DNA from: an uncultured delta proteobacterium
Lineage (GTDB): Bacteria > Myxococcota_A > Polyangia > Fen-1088
Reading direction: 5' to 3'
DNA length: 64,000 bases
Assembly: GCA_963767925.1 (NCBI GenBank)
Contig: CAVYGB010000002.1
Span: forward strand, 1,856,001-1,920,000
The notes beneath the pieces are model-generated. The model had not been told where the DNA came from, made no database searches, and saw nothing but the letters and a program-made list of their open reading frames with translations. The position numbers and the translations under genes were made by a program. Shown piece by piece: positions 18,437 to 28,028 of this stretch (position 1 is its first letter; every line of letters starts with the position of its first letter).

Positions 18437-19438
18437 TCAGTCGTCGCAGGATTCGACCCAGGCGTCCAGGTCGCGGTTCTTCAGGATGGGGGAGAACTTC
18501 AGGCTGCTGGCCCGGTCGCAGGCGTCCGACCAGTCGACGTCGTCATCGACGTATTCGGCCATCAGGACGGGCTTGCTCGAGCGGATGAACACCGAGAGGT
18601 TGCCGCACCAGTCGCCCTCGGTGAAGCAGTTCTCGACCAGCGCCCAGTCGAAGGCGGGCTCCAGGGTGGCGGCCAGATCGCCGCTGTTCTTGAGCCCGAT
18701 CGAGAGCCCGCGGCGGTGGGCTTCCTGGGCCAGCCAGCGGCCGAAGCGGACCTGGTCGTCGGCGGTGAGGGGAAAGCCGCTCTCGTTGTCGTAGCCGTCC
18801 AGGTTGTCGGGCTCGACGGCGTCGAAGCCCTTGGCCTTGCACAGGTCGAGGCGCCCGGTCAGGGCGGGGGCCAGCTTCTCGATCTGGCGGATGTCGAGCC
18901 AGCGCTCGCCGGGCCAGTTCTCGTTCTCGAGCCCGATTACCTCGGCCGGGAACGCCGCGCTGTCGGCGCGCCAGTCTTCCCAGCTCCCGGCGCTGAGGTA
19001 ACACACGACCTTGGCCCCGCGGGCGCGCAGCGAGGCGACCTGGGCGGCGCTCGTGTCGAACAGATCGAGGTCGAACACGGCCACCTCGGGCGACAGATCG
19101 ATCTCGCCGCTGAGCTGCCACTGCCAGGTGAGGCCCACCGCTGGCTTCCACCAGGTGGCGGCGGGCGGGGTGGGGTCGGGCGGCGCTGTCGGCGGCGTCG
19201 GCTCGAGCGCGGGCGGCGCGACCGGCGTGGCCCCGGGCTCCTGCGGAGGGGGAGGAGACGGGGGAGGGGGGGGCATGGGCGCCGGCGGATTGGGGATCCG
19301 CCCCGGCGGCGTGGGAGCCTCCGCCTGGGGACCCGTGCAGCCGGAAAACGCCGCCGCCAGCGCGAGCGCGCCGAGCACGACCGCGCGGGGGGCGAACCGA
19401 GGCCGGGGCGCGGTGGCGGGTAGCGACGAGGAAGTCAA
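18437..19438 (-). CDS. Endo-alpha-1,4-polygalactosaminidase (GH114) lipoprotein
   Basis: WQWQL, CYLSAGSWEDWR, GFDAVEPDNLDGY and GLKN motifs; lipobox FSGC. Start uncertain. Confidence 0.88.
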   Translation of the reverse strand: MTSSSLPATAPRPRFAPRAVVLGALALAAAFSGCTGPQAEAPTPPGRIPNPPAPMPPPPPSPPPPQEPGATPVAPPALEPTPPTAPPDPTPPAATWWKPAVGLTWQWQLSGEIDLSPEVAVFDLDLFDTSAAQVASLRARGAKVVCYLSAGSWEDWRADSAAFPAEVIGLENENWPGERWLDIRQIEKLAPALTGRLDLCKAKGFDAVEPDNLDGYDNESGFPLTADDQVRFGRWLAQEAHRRGLSIGLKNSGDLAATLEPAFDWALVENCFTEGDWCGNLSVFIRSSKPVLMAEYVDDDVDWSDACDRASSLKFSPILKNRDLDAWVESCDD

Positions 19439-19731
19439 AGCGATTCGGGCTAAGCGCACAGCAACACCAGGGCGACAAAGTAGCGCGGAAGCTGTCGGTG
19501 TGCATGGGAAGTCTCCGACCTGGACCCACAAATCTCCCGTCGCACCCGGACTGCTCCCGAGGGCGCCGTAGCTCTACACAACCTGTCTTGCTCGACCGCC
19601 AAGAACCTGGCGGAACCGTCAAACCCCCGGCGTTCTGTGCGCCGCCACATCGGCTCAAGTCGACCTCCGCAACCGACGATCTAGCCCGCGGGCGCCCTCC
19701 TCGACGCGGCGTCATGGGAGGGCGCAAACGG

Positions 19732-20085
19732 ATGAGCCGGTTGAACCTGGAGGTCCGGTGCGGGTTGATCGCGGTCACCGCGATGCTGGTCGGAGCCGCT
19801 TGCGACACGCCCGCGCCCGCGCGCTTCCGCGGCGCCACCACGCCCGAGGACGCGCAGCAGATCGCCCGCGCCCTCACCTCGGTGGTCGGGACGACAGGTG
19901 GTGGTGTCACGGTCGGGCGGACCCGCAGCGGCGCGGACCTCGTCCGCTTCGGACGCCGGTTCCAGGAAGTCGCCATCGCCGGCCACGCCGCCGACGGCTC
20001 GCTGCGCACCGCCTGCGTCTCCAGCGCCAAGGAGGCCGAAGGCTTCCTGGTCGCGACGCCGGCGGCCGCCGACGCTGGACGTTGA
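19732..20085 (+). CDS. Small lipoprotein, post-PEP-CTERM-1-like
   Basis: Lipobox GAAC and SGADLVRFGRRFQEVAIAGHAADGSLRTAC; ends 9 bp before the protease gene. Confidence 0.55.
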   Translation: MSRLNLEVRCGLIAVTAMLVGAACDTPAPARFRGATTPEDAQQIARALTSVVGTTGGGVTVGRTRSGADLVRFGRRFQEVAIAGHAADGSLRTACVSSAKEAEGFLVATPAAADAGR

Positions 20086-20094
20086 GGCGGCCAG

Positions 20095-21732
20095 ATGTCG
20101 GCCCCCGTCCGTCGGCTCGCGCGTGCGGCGGCCCTCGCCCTGCTGCTCGGATCCGCCGCCGAGGCGCGCGCCATCGAGGTGACCCGCAGCTTCGAGGAAG
20201 AGCCCGCCGGCCGCGGCTATCGCGACGCCACCCCCGCCGCGCCGGTGGGGGGAAACCCCGGCACCACCGTGGGGCAGCAGCGGACCAACGTCCTCGACCG
20301 CGCGCTCGAGGTCTTCGCCGCCCGCCTGCGCGGCTCGCAGATCGTCCGGGTCTCCTCCACCTTCAACGGCGACGATCTCCCCTGCACGTCCACCGCCGCC
20401 GTGCTGGGCGGCGCCTCGGCCGATCACGCCTTCCGCCACCGGGGCGCAAACGCCAGCCCCCACCCCCGCACCGGCGTCCTCTACCACGCCGCCCTCTTCG
20501 ATCACCTCACCGCCGCCGACGCCGCCCCCGACCTGCCCGACGTGATCGCCGCCTTCAACGGCCGCCTCGGCAGCCCGGGCTGCGGCGACGGGATGCGCTG
20601 GTACTACGGCTTCGACGGCCGGGCCCCCACCGGCGCCGTCGACCTGTTGACCGTCACCCTGCACGAGCTGGCCCACGCCCTGGGCTTCTCCGACTTCACC
20701 GATCGGGACACCGGCGATCTGCCGACCGACGGCCAGGGCGTGGTCATGCCCGGCGTCTTCTCCCTCTTTCTCTACGACGATCTCACGGGGCTGCACTGGT
20801 CGGAGATGACCTCGCAGCAGCGCCTCACCTCGCGCCAGGCCAGCGGCCGCCTGCTCTGGGACGGGCCGGCGGTCAAGGCGACGAGCACCCGGCTGGCCAC
20901 GAGCTCGACCTGCGTCGGGGCCGGCGGGCGCATGCGGATGTACGCCCCCGCCGAGTTCGAGCCGGGCTCGTCGGTCTCCCACTGGGACGCGAGCTGCACC
21001 CCGAACCTCCTCATGGAGCCGGTCTTCACCGCCCGCGGCTTCCTCGACATCACCACCAGCCTCCTCGCCGACGTCGGCTGGCGGGTCACCGGCACCTGCT
21101 CGGACGCCGTCATCCACGAGGGCGAGCAATGTGACACCGACACCACCGGCGTGGGCGGCGTCCGGCCCTGCACGGCCCTCTGCACCGCCAACCCGGCGAC
21201 CGGCTTCTGCGGCGACGGGGCCATCGGCACCGGTGAGCTGTGCGACCTGGGCGCGGACAACGGTCTGGCCAGCCGCTGCTGCAGCAGCGCCTGCCAGCCG
21301 GTGGCGGCCGGGACCCCCTGCGGCAGCGTCCTGACCGAGGCCTGCCGCCTCCCGATCGCCTGCACCGGCCGCTCGGGCGTCTGTCCCGGCCCCGATGTGG
21401 CAACCGGTCCCCACCCCGACGGCACCGCCTGCAGCGGCGGCTACTGCCGGAGCGGGAGCTGCGTGCCCGGCCCGGCCCCCGACGGCTCGGCGCCCACCGA
21501 CGCCACCCCGCCCCGGGATGGCCCGGCCGACCGCCCGCCCGCGCCGATCGACGCCCGCCCCGCCGACGCCGCCCCCGCCGGCGACGCCAGCCAGATCGCC
21601 TCCCCCTCCGCCCCCGCCGGTGGCTGCTCCTGCCGCCTCGCCGCCCCGGACGCCGATTCCGCCCCCCTGGCCCTCGCCGCCCTCGCGCTCGCGCTCTTCC
21701 GCGCGCGTCGTCGCGCGCGGCCCCGACGCTGA
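20095..21732 (+). CDS. Zinc metalloprotease with disintegrin-like Cys-rich region and MYXO-CTERM
   Basis: Signal peptide, HELAHALGF, SSVSHWD, NLLMEP, Cys-rich repeats, and a GGCSC-hydrophobic-RRR tail. Confidence 0.85.
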   Translation: MSAPVRRLARAAALALLLGSAAEARAIEVTRSFEEEPAGRGYRDATPAAPVGGNPGTTVGQQRTNVLDRALEVFAARLRGSQIVRVSSTFNGDDLPCTSTAAVLGGASADHAFRHRGANASPHPRTGVLYHAALFDHLTAADAAPDLPDVIAAFNGRLGSPGCGDGMRWYYGFDGRAPTGAVDLLTVTLHELAHALGFSDFTDRDTGDLPTDGQGVVMPGVFSLFLYDDLTGLHWSEMTSQQRLTSRQASGRLLWDGPAVKATSTRLATSSTCVGAGGRMRMYAPAEFEPGSSVSHWDASCTPNLLMEPVFTARGFLDITTSLLADVGWRVTGTCSDAVIHEGEQCDTDTTGVGGVRPCTALCTANPATGFCGDGAIGTGELCDLGADNGLASRCCSSACQPVAAGTPCGSVLTEACRLPIACTGRSGVCPGPDVATGPHPDGTACSGGYCRSGSCVPGPAPDGSAPTDATPPRDGPADRPPAPIDARPADAAPAGDASQIASPSAPAGGCSCRLAAPDADSAPLALAALALALFRARRRARPRR

Positions 21733-21889
21733 ATCGCCCGCTCCTCCTCGATGCGGGGCAGGCCGCTGTGGAGGGCCCGGCTGCACGCCGGTTGCGCAGC
21801 CTCTCGACGGTGGGCGCGCGGTTCGTGCCTGATCGCCCGGCGCCCCGGCGTGCGCCCGGCGGGCGGCGCCCATCGGGTACCATGCCGCC

Positions 21890-24178
21890 ATGCCCCCCGC
21901 GCCTCCGCACCGTCTCTCCTCGATCCGGGCGCTGGCCTTCGCGCTCACCGCGGCCTCGCTGTTGCCAGGGGCCGCCCGCGCCGCCGGCCCGGCCGCCAGC
22001 GTGACCGTCGACTGGCCCGCTTTCCTCGCGCGCCAGGATCTGGTCTGGCGGCGTCCGCCCACCCGCTGGGAGGAGGGCGCCTTTCTCGGCAACGGCCTGC
22101 TCGGCGCGATGGCCTTCGCCCCCGAGCCGCGGCGGATCGACTTCCAGCTCGGGCGCAGCGACGTCACCGATCACCAGACCGGCCGGGAGCCGATCCTCGC
22201 CCGCCCCCGCCTGCCCATCGGGCGGTTCGAGGTGCACACCGCCGGCGAGCTCACCGGCGCCGAGGCCCGGCTGTCGCTGTGGGACGCCGAGTGGCGCGCC
22301 ACCTTCCGGACCGGGCGGGGCACCCTCGGCGTCCGCAGCTACGTCCACGCCGAGTTGCCGGTCCTCGTGATCGAGCTTGCGCCCACCGGCGGCGAGCGGG
22401 CCGCCAGGGTGGTCTTCCAGCCCGCCCTCGCCATCAACGAACGGCTGCTGGTCCGCCCGGTGCCGCTCGGCGAGGCCGACCTGAACCCGGCCCCCTTCGT
22501 CGAGGAGCGCGGCCCCTTGCGCGTATCGGTGCAGCGCCGCCGCGCCGGCGGCGAGTGGGCCGTCGCCTGGCAGGAGAAGGCCCTGCCGGGCGGCCGCCGC
22601 CTGCTCCTGGTCAGCATCGCCGACTCCTTCCCCGACGCCTCGACCGGCCCTGCCGCCCGCGACGAGGCCGCCCGGGCGGTGGCCGCCGCCGCCGCGCAGG
22701 GCCCCGACCGCCTCCGCCGCAGCCACCAGGCCTACTGGCACGCCTATTACCCGCAGAGCTTTCTCACCGTGCCCCACCCGCGCATCGAGAGCTTCTACTG
22801 GATCCAGATGTACAAGCTCGCCTCGGCTACCCGCGCCGATCGCCCGGCCATCGACACCATGGGCCCCTGGTACGACCGCACCCCCTGGCCGGGCGTCTGG
22901 TGGAACCTCAACATCCAGCTCAGCTACTGGCCGGTCTACACCGCCAACCGGCTCGCGCTCGGCGAATCGCTGCTGGCCATCGTCGCCCGCAACAAGGCCA
23001 ACCTGCGCGACAACGTCCCGCCCGCGCTGCGCGCCGACGCCATGGCGGTGGGCCGCATGGGCGGACCGGACGCCGTCTCGCCCGTGACCTACACGGGTCC
23101 CCGCGGCCCCAAGAACGGAGCCCACGAGCTCAGCAACCTGATCTGGGTCATGCACAACGTCTGGCTGCACTGGCGCCATAGCCTCGACGAGAGCCTGCGC
23201 CAGCGGATGATCCCCCTGCTGGCGGCGGCCGTCGGCTACGTCCTGCACCGGCTGGCCCCCGGCCCCGACGGCAAGCTGCACCTGCCGGAGGCCGTCTCGC
23301 CCGAGTTCCCCGCCACCGCGCCCGACACCAATTACGACCTGGCCCTGCTGCGCTGGGGCCTGCAGACCCTGCTCGAGCTGCAGCCCGCCGACCCCCGGGC
23401 CGCGCGCTGGCGCGACACCCTGGCCCGCCTCACGCCCTACCCGGTGGGCGAGACCGGCTACCTCATCGGCCGCGGCCAGCCGCTCGATCGCTCGCACCGG
23501 CACTTCTCTCACCTGATGATGGTCTACCCGCTGCGCCTGCAGACGGGCGCCACCGCCGCAGACCGCGCCCTCATCGAGCGCTCGCTGGCCCACTGGATCG
23601 GCTTCGAGGGGGCCCTGCAGGGCTACTCCTTCGTGGGCGCCTCGGCCATCTCCTCCCTGCTCGGCAAGGGCGACGCCGCCGCCCGCTACCTCGACGACCT
23701 CCTGTCGCGCTTCGTGAAGCCCAACACGATGTACCGGGAGGACGGCCCCGTGATCGAGACGCCCCTGGCGGCGGCCCAGGCCCTGCACGAGATGCTGCTG
23801 CAGAGCTCGGGCGGCGTGCTGCGCATCTTCCCCGCCGTCCCCGCCGCCTGGCCCGACGCCGCCTTCCACGACCTGCGCGCCGAGGGCGCCTTCCTGGTCA
23901 GCGCCGTCCGCCGGGCCGGACGCACCGTCCTGGTGCGGGTCGAGAGCCTGGCCGGCCAGCCCGCCATCTTGCACGTGGGTCCCGATCTCGCCGGAGCCGA
24001 GGTCGTCGCCGCGCCCGGGAGAATTCCTGCCGTCCGGCAAGCCGACGGCACCTGGAAGCTGTCGCTGGCCCGGGGCGAGAGCGTGCTCCTGGTGGCGCCC
24101 GGCGTCCCGGCGGCGGCAAGGGCGATCGCCCCGCTGCCCCGAGCCCCCGCCGCAGCCAGCCCCTTCGGGCTGCCCTAG
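21890..24178 (+). CDS. Glycoside hydrolase family 95-like (alpha-L-fucosidase)
   Basis: WEEGAFLGNGLLGA, WNLNIQLSYWP, SPE, HRHFSHL, HEMLLQS and DLRAEGAFLVSA motifs. Confidence 0.88.
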   Translation: MPPAPPHRLSSIRALAFALTAASLLPGAARAAGPAASVTVDWPAFLARQDLVWRRPPTRWEEGAFLGNGLLGAMAFAPEPRRIDFQLGRSDVTDHQTGREPILARPRLPIGRFEVHTAGELTGAEARLSLWDAEWRATFRTGRGTLGVRSYVHAELPVLVIELAPTGGERAARVVFQPALAINERLLVRPVPLGEADLNPAPFVEERGPLRVSVQRRRAGGEWAVAWQEKALPGGRRLLLVSIADSFPDASTGPAARDEAARAVAAAAAQGPDRLRRSHQAYWHAYYPQSFLTVPHPRIESFYWIQMYKLASATRADRPAIDTMGPWYDRTPWPGVWWNLNIQLSYWPVYTANRLALGESLLAIVARNKANLRDNVPPALRADAMAVGRMGGPDAVSPVTYTGPRGPKNGAHELSNLIWVMHNVWLHWRHSLDESLRQRMIPLLAAAVGYVLHRLAPGPDGKLHLPEAVSPEFPATAPDTNYDLALLRWGLQTLLELQPADPRAARWRDTLARLTPYPVGETGYLIGRGQPLDRSHRHFSHLMMVYPLRLQTGATAADRALIERSLAHWIGFEGALQGYSFVGASAISSLLGKGDAAARYLDDLLSRFVKPNTMYREDGPVIETPLAAAQALHEMLLQSSGGVLRIFPAVPAAWPDAAFHDLRAEGAFLVSAVRRAGRTVLVRVESLAGQPAILHVGPDLAGAEVVAAPGRIPAVRQADGTWKLSLARGESVLLVAPGVPAAARAIAPLPRAPAAASPFGLP

Positions 24179-24194
24179 CCGTGTTCGGTTCGTC

Positions 24195-24376
24195 CCGGAG
24201 TCCCCTCACCCCTCCCTGTCCCCGCTGCCGCGGGGCGAGGGCGAACGGACAATGGGGTGCGAAAATCCCGAGTCAACCTGCGTGAGATCAGGCGCTCGGG
24301 AGGACGTCAGCTTCTCCAGCTGATTGTTCGCCCTCTCCCCGCGGCAGCGGGGAGAGGGGGGGTGAGGGGTCTCCGG
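24195..24376. repeat. Inverted REP doublet (REPIN-like)
   Basis: CCCCTCACCCCTCCCTGTCCCCGC..GCGGGGCGAGGGCGAAC and its inverted partner flank an ~80-bp unique spacer, between convergent genes. Confidence 0.8.
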
Positions 24377-24400
24377 CGCGACTCGAGCGCTCTACGTCGC

Positions 24401-25657
24401 TCAGCTCGATCGCCGCGCCGCCGTGGCTGCCCGGCGCTGGTTGATGTCCTCCAGCGGCAGGTTCACGATCGCCCGCGCCTGCTCGTGGTAGCGGCGGCGC
24501 AGGTCGCGCCAGCGCGGCAGGGGCAAGCCGTAGCGGCGCTCGGCTTCGTCGCGCAGGTGCAGGACCGCCAGGCGCTGTCCCCATGGCCGCAGGTCGGCCA
24601 GCAGGGCCTCGAGGCGGGCGAGGGCGTGTTCGCTCTCGGTGATCGGTCGATCCAGGCACTCGCCGGCCAGCGTCTCCAGCCGGCGGCGGTCGTCCTCCAG
24701 GGTCGCAACCCGATGAGACGTCGCCAGCACCGCCGGGTCGCCGGGCAGCCGGTCGAGCCGGTCGGGCTGGGCCAGTGGCGTCAGGTGCTCGCGCACCTGC
24801 TTGCGGCAGAAGGCCAGCGCCCACTCGGGCATCGACCCGAGCTGGATCTCGATCTCGCGCCGGCGCCGGGCCCGGCCGGCCAGCTCCCCCGCGCGCGCGA
24901 CGACCGCGGCCCGGGCCTGCAACAGCTCCTGCTGCACCGATTTTTCGCGCAGGTACAGGTGGTACAGCCGCCCGAAGCGGTCCACCCCCAGCCGATCGCC
25001 GTGGCGGCGGACGATGCGCCGGGCCTGCCAGCGGTGGCGGTGGTAGGCCCGGTGCCAGAAGCGGTGGCGGTAGTCGGGCGTGTCGAAGGCCGCCTCGACC
25101 AGCGGGAAGAAGTCCGGCTCGGCCTCGATGCCGTCGATGGTCGCGTCGAGCTGGTCGAGCAGCTCGTCGAGGTTGCGCCGCCGCCGCTCGAGGTCGTTGC
25201 GCACGTCGGCCGCGCTGGCCACGTCGGGATCGCGATCCACCTCGGCCAGCGCCGCCGCCAGCTCCTCGCGGCGGACCTGGCTGCGCCGGGCCAGCCCGGC
25301 GCCGTCCAGCTCGGGCAGCTCCAGGCGCAGGGCCAGGGCGGCCACGTCGGGCCCCTCGAGGGCCGGCACCAGCACCTGCAGCAGCTCCGACCAGGCTCGC
25401 TCGAGCTCGGCGTCGAGCTGGGCCAGCACCGCCTGGTGCTGGGTCAAGGCGGCCGCGAAGGCGCCGTGCTCGTCGCGGCCGATGCGATGTTGCTCGCTGG
25501 CGAAGTCGCGGAGCTCGCGCCCACTCATGCGACCGGCGGCCAGCACCCGGACCGTCTCATCAGCGGGTCGCCCGATCGAACCGGCGTTCCGCTCGATGTC
25601 CCGGCCCCCTTCTCCCGCTATCTCCATCGTCGCCCATGCTGGCATGGTGGCCGTCAA
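24401..25657 (-). CDS. Coiled-coil hypothetical protein
   Basis: Long helical ORF with typical codon bias. Start uncertain. Confidence 0.65.
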   Translation of the reverse strand: MTATMPAWATMEIAGEGGRDIERNAGSIGRPADETVRVLAAGRMSGRELRDFASEQHRIGRDEHGAFAAALTQHQAVLAQLDAELERAWSELLQVLVPALEGPDVAALALRLELPELDGAGLARRSQVRREELAAALAEVDRDPDVASAADVRNDLERRRRNLDELLDQLDATIDGIEAEPDFFPLVEAAFDTPDYRHRFWHRAYHRHRWQARRIVRRHGDRLGVDRFGRLYHLYLREKSVQQELLQARAAVVARAGELAGRARRRREIEIQLGSMPEWALAFCRKQVREHLTPLAQPDRLDRLPGDPAVLATSHRVATLEDDRRRLETLAGECLDRPITESEHALARLEALLADLRPWGQRLAVLHLRDEAERRYGLPLPRWRDLRRRYHEQARAIVNLPLEDINQRRAATAARRSS

Positions 25658-25755
25658 GCCACAAAAAACCGCTCGTTTTCAGGGGGCCTGGTGTCCGGGG
25701 CGGAGCTGCCGGCCCCGGCTTGTTATCCTTGGCCTCAGAACCCGGGAGAACGCTG

Positions 25756-26127
25756 ATGCTTTACGCCATCCTCTGTTACGACACCGAGCTGACAACCGGC
25801 GCCTGGACCAAGGAGCAGGACGACTCCGTCATGGCCCGCCTCGACAAGGTCCAGGACAAGCTCCGCCAGCAAGGCCGGCTGGGCCCCGTCGCCCGCCTGC
25901 AGACAACCGCCTCGGCCAGGACCCTCAAGAAGGGGGAGGAGACCCTGGTGCTCGACGGGCCCTTCGCCGAGACCAAGGAGCAGCTCCTCGGCTTTTACGT
26001 CGTCGAGTGCGAATCGATGGAGCAGGCCCTCGAGACGGCCCGCGATCTCGGCCGGGCCAGCGGCTCGTCCGGCTCTTACGAGGTGCGTCCGCTGCGCCTG
26101 TTCCGTCCGGGGCAGCTCGCCACCTGA
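25756..26127 (+). CDS. YciI (DGPF) family protein
   Basis: MLYAILCY...DGPFAETKEQLLGFYVV...YEVRP, with RBS GGAG. Confidence 0.9.
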   Translation: MLYAILCYDTELTTGAWTKEQDDSVMARLDKVQDKLRQQGRLGPVARLQTTASARTLKKGEETLVLDGPFAETKEQLLGFYVVECESMEQALETARDLGRASGSSGSYEVRPLRLFRPGQLAT

Positions 26128-26159
26128 ACCCCGCCGAGAAGTCCCCGGAGCACCCTGCG

Positions 26160-26530
26160 GTGCTCCCGGGCAAGGCTGCTGGGCCATCGACACCCCCGGC
26201 ATGCGCGAGTTCGGGCTGTGGGAGGCGGGCGCGGGGATCGACGAGACCTTCGACGACATCGCGTCGATCGCGGCGGGGTGTCACTTCCGCGACTGCGGCC
26301 ACCAGGGCGAACCCGGCTGCGCGGTCGCCGAGGCGGTGGCCGGCGGGGAGCTACCGCCGGAGCGGCTGGCCAGCCTGGAGCAGCTCCGCAAGGAGGAGGC
26401 GTTCCTGCAGCGCCGGCTCGACCCCCGCTCGAACAGCAGCAGCAAGCAGCGCTGGAAGGCGATCCACGAGGGCATCCGCGCCCGCAAGAAGGTGGACCCC
26501 AAGCTGCAGGATGGGCGAACCAGACGGTGA
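26160..26530 (+). pseudogene. rsgA: 3' fragment of ribosome small subunit-dependent GTPase A
   Basis: IDTPGMRE and the zinc finger CHFRDCGHQGEPGCAV are present. The OB domain and G4/G1 motifs are absent. Confidence 0.8.
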
Positions 26531-26539
26531 GCCAGCTTG

Positions 26540-26605
26540 GCTGAGCAGCCCGTGGACAGGTGACGTTCCGGCCCCGAACGTCACCGTGTCCGCGGGCTGT
26601 TCGGC
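26540..26605 (+). terminator. 29-bp RNA-type hairpin
   Basis: GCTGAGCAGCCCGTGGACAGGTGACGTTC pairs with GAACGTCACCGTGTCCGCGGGCTGTTCGGC using 3 G-U pairs and one bulge. Confidence 0.55.
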
Positions 26606-26814
26606 GTCCGCTCTCGCGGTGTCCGGCCCCGCGGAAGCAATTTTTCGGTCGATCTCCGCCGGTCGCCGCGGGGATCGCCGGTGACGCCGCTGTCGCGGGA
26701 CCGGCACCGCTGTCACCACGTCGGGGGACGTTCACCCACCCGTCACACATTGGATCGATCTTTCGACGGTGGGCGAGGCTGCCCGGGGCGGAACCCGGGG
26801 GTACCATTTAGGTG

Positions 26815-27960
26815 ATGTCCACCACGCCGCCGCACCGGATCGCCATCAACACGGGAGGCGGCGACGCCCCCGGGCTCAACGCCGTCATCCGCGCGGTCGC
26901 GCTCGGCGCCCTCAACCGCGACTGGGAGGTGCTGGGCATCCGCCACGGCTACGAGGGGGCGCTGGAGGACGGGCCCGACGCGGTGGTGAAGCTGGACCGC
27001 GACGCCGTCCGGGGCATCGGCCACCTCGGCGGCACCATCCTCGGGACCACCAACCGCAACGACCCCTTCAACTACCCGGTCCTGCAGAACGGGCGCAAGG
27101 TCCCCACCGACGTGTCGGACCGGGTCGTCGATCGCTTCAAGGCCCTCGGCATCGAGGCCCTCGTCGCCCTCGGCGGCGACGGCTCCATGTCGCTGGCCAA
27201 GCGGCTGATCGACCGGGGCCTGTGCCGCGTGATCGGCGTGCCGAAGACCATCGACAACGATCTGCGGGGCACCAACGTCACCTTCGGCTTCGCCACCGCG
27301 GTGGAGACCACCACCGAGGCCCTCGACCGCCTGCACTCGACCGCCCAGGCCCACCGCCGCGTGATGGTGGTGGAGGTGATGGGCCGCCACGCCGGCTGGA
27401 TCGCCCTGCACGCGGGCATCGCCGGCGGCGCGGACGTCATCCTGATCCCCGAGATCCCCTACCACCTCGAGCGGGTGTGCGAAAAGATCGCCGAGCGCTA
27501 CGAGCGCCGGCGCGACTTTGCCATCGTGGTGGTCAGCGAGGGCGCCACCGAAACCGGGGGCGAGGTGCAGTTCAAGCAGGACAAGGACGCGTTCAAGGAG
27601 CACGCCACCCTCGGCGGCATCGGCGAGCGCCTGGCCCGCCAGATCGAGACCGCCACCGGCCGCGAGGCCCGCTCGGTGGTGCTGGGCCACCTGCAGCGGG
27701 GCGGCAACCCGGTCAGCTTCGACCGCCTGCTGGCCCAGCGCATGGGCTGCGCCGCCGTTCGCTTCATCGCCGAGGGCAACGGCAGCGGCATGGTGGCCCA
27801 GGTGGCGGGCGAGATCCGCCTCATCCCCTTCGACGACGTGGTGGGCGGCTTCCGCGGCGTCGACCGCCAGTCCGACATGGTCGAGACCGGCCGCGACCTC
27901 GGCATCTGCTTCGGCGACGAGCCCACCGGCACCTTCCTCAACCGCATCCGCCGCACCTGA
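26815..27960 (+). CDS. pfkA: 6-phosphofructokinase
   Basis: TGGGDAPGLNAVIR, GGTILGT, GGDGS, PKTIDND, EVMGRHAGW and LGHLQRGG motifs. Confidence 0.95.
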   Translation: MSTTPPHRIAINTGGGDAPGLNAVIRAVALGALNRDWEVLGIRHGYEGALEDGPDAVVKLDRDAVRGIGHLGGTILGTTNRNDPFNYPVLQNGRKVPTDVSDRVVDRFKALGIEALVALGGDGSMSLAKRLIDRGLCRVIGVPKTIDNDLRGTNVTFGFATAVETTTEALDRLHSTAQAHRRVMVVEVMGRHAGWIALHAGIAGGADVILIPEIPYHLERVCEKIAERYERRRDFAIVVVSEGATETGGEVQFKQDKDAFKEHATLGGIGERLARQIETATGREARSVVLGHLQRGGNPVSFDRLLAQRMGCAAVRFIAEGNGSGMVAQVAGEIRLIPFDDVVGGFRGVDRQSDMVETGRDLGICFGDEPTGTFLNRIRRT

Positions 27961-28028
27961 ACGGCGCCGCGGCCGCGCGGCCAGTCGGGCCCGAGCGCAG
28001 CGAGGGAGCCGACTCCCTTCGAAAAGTT

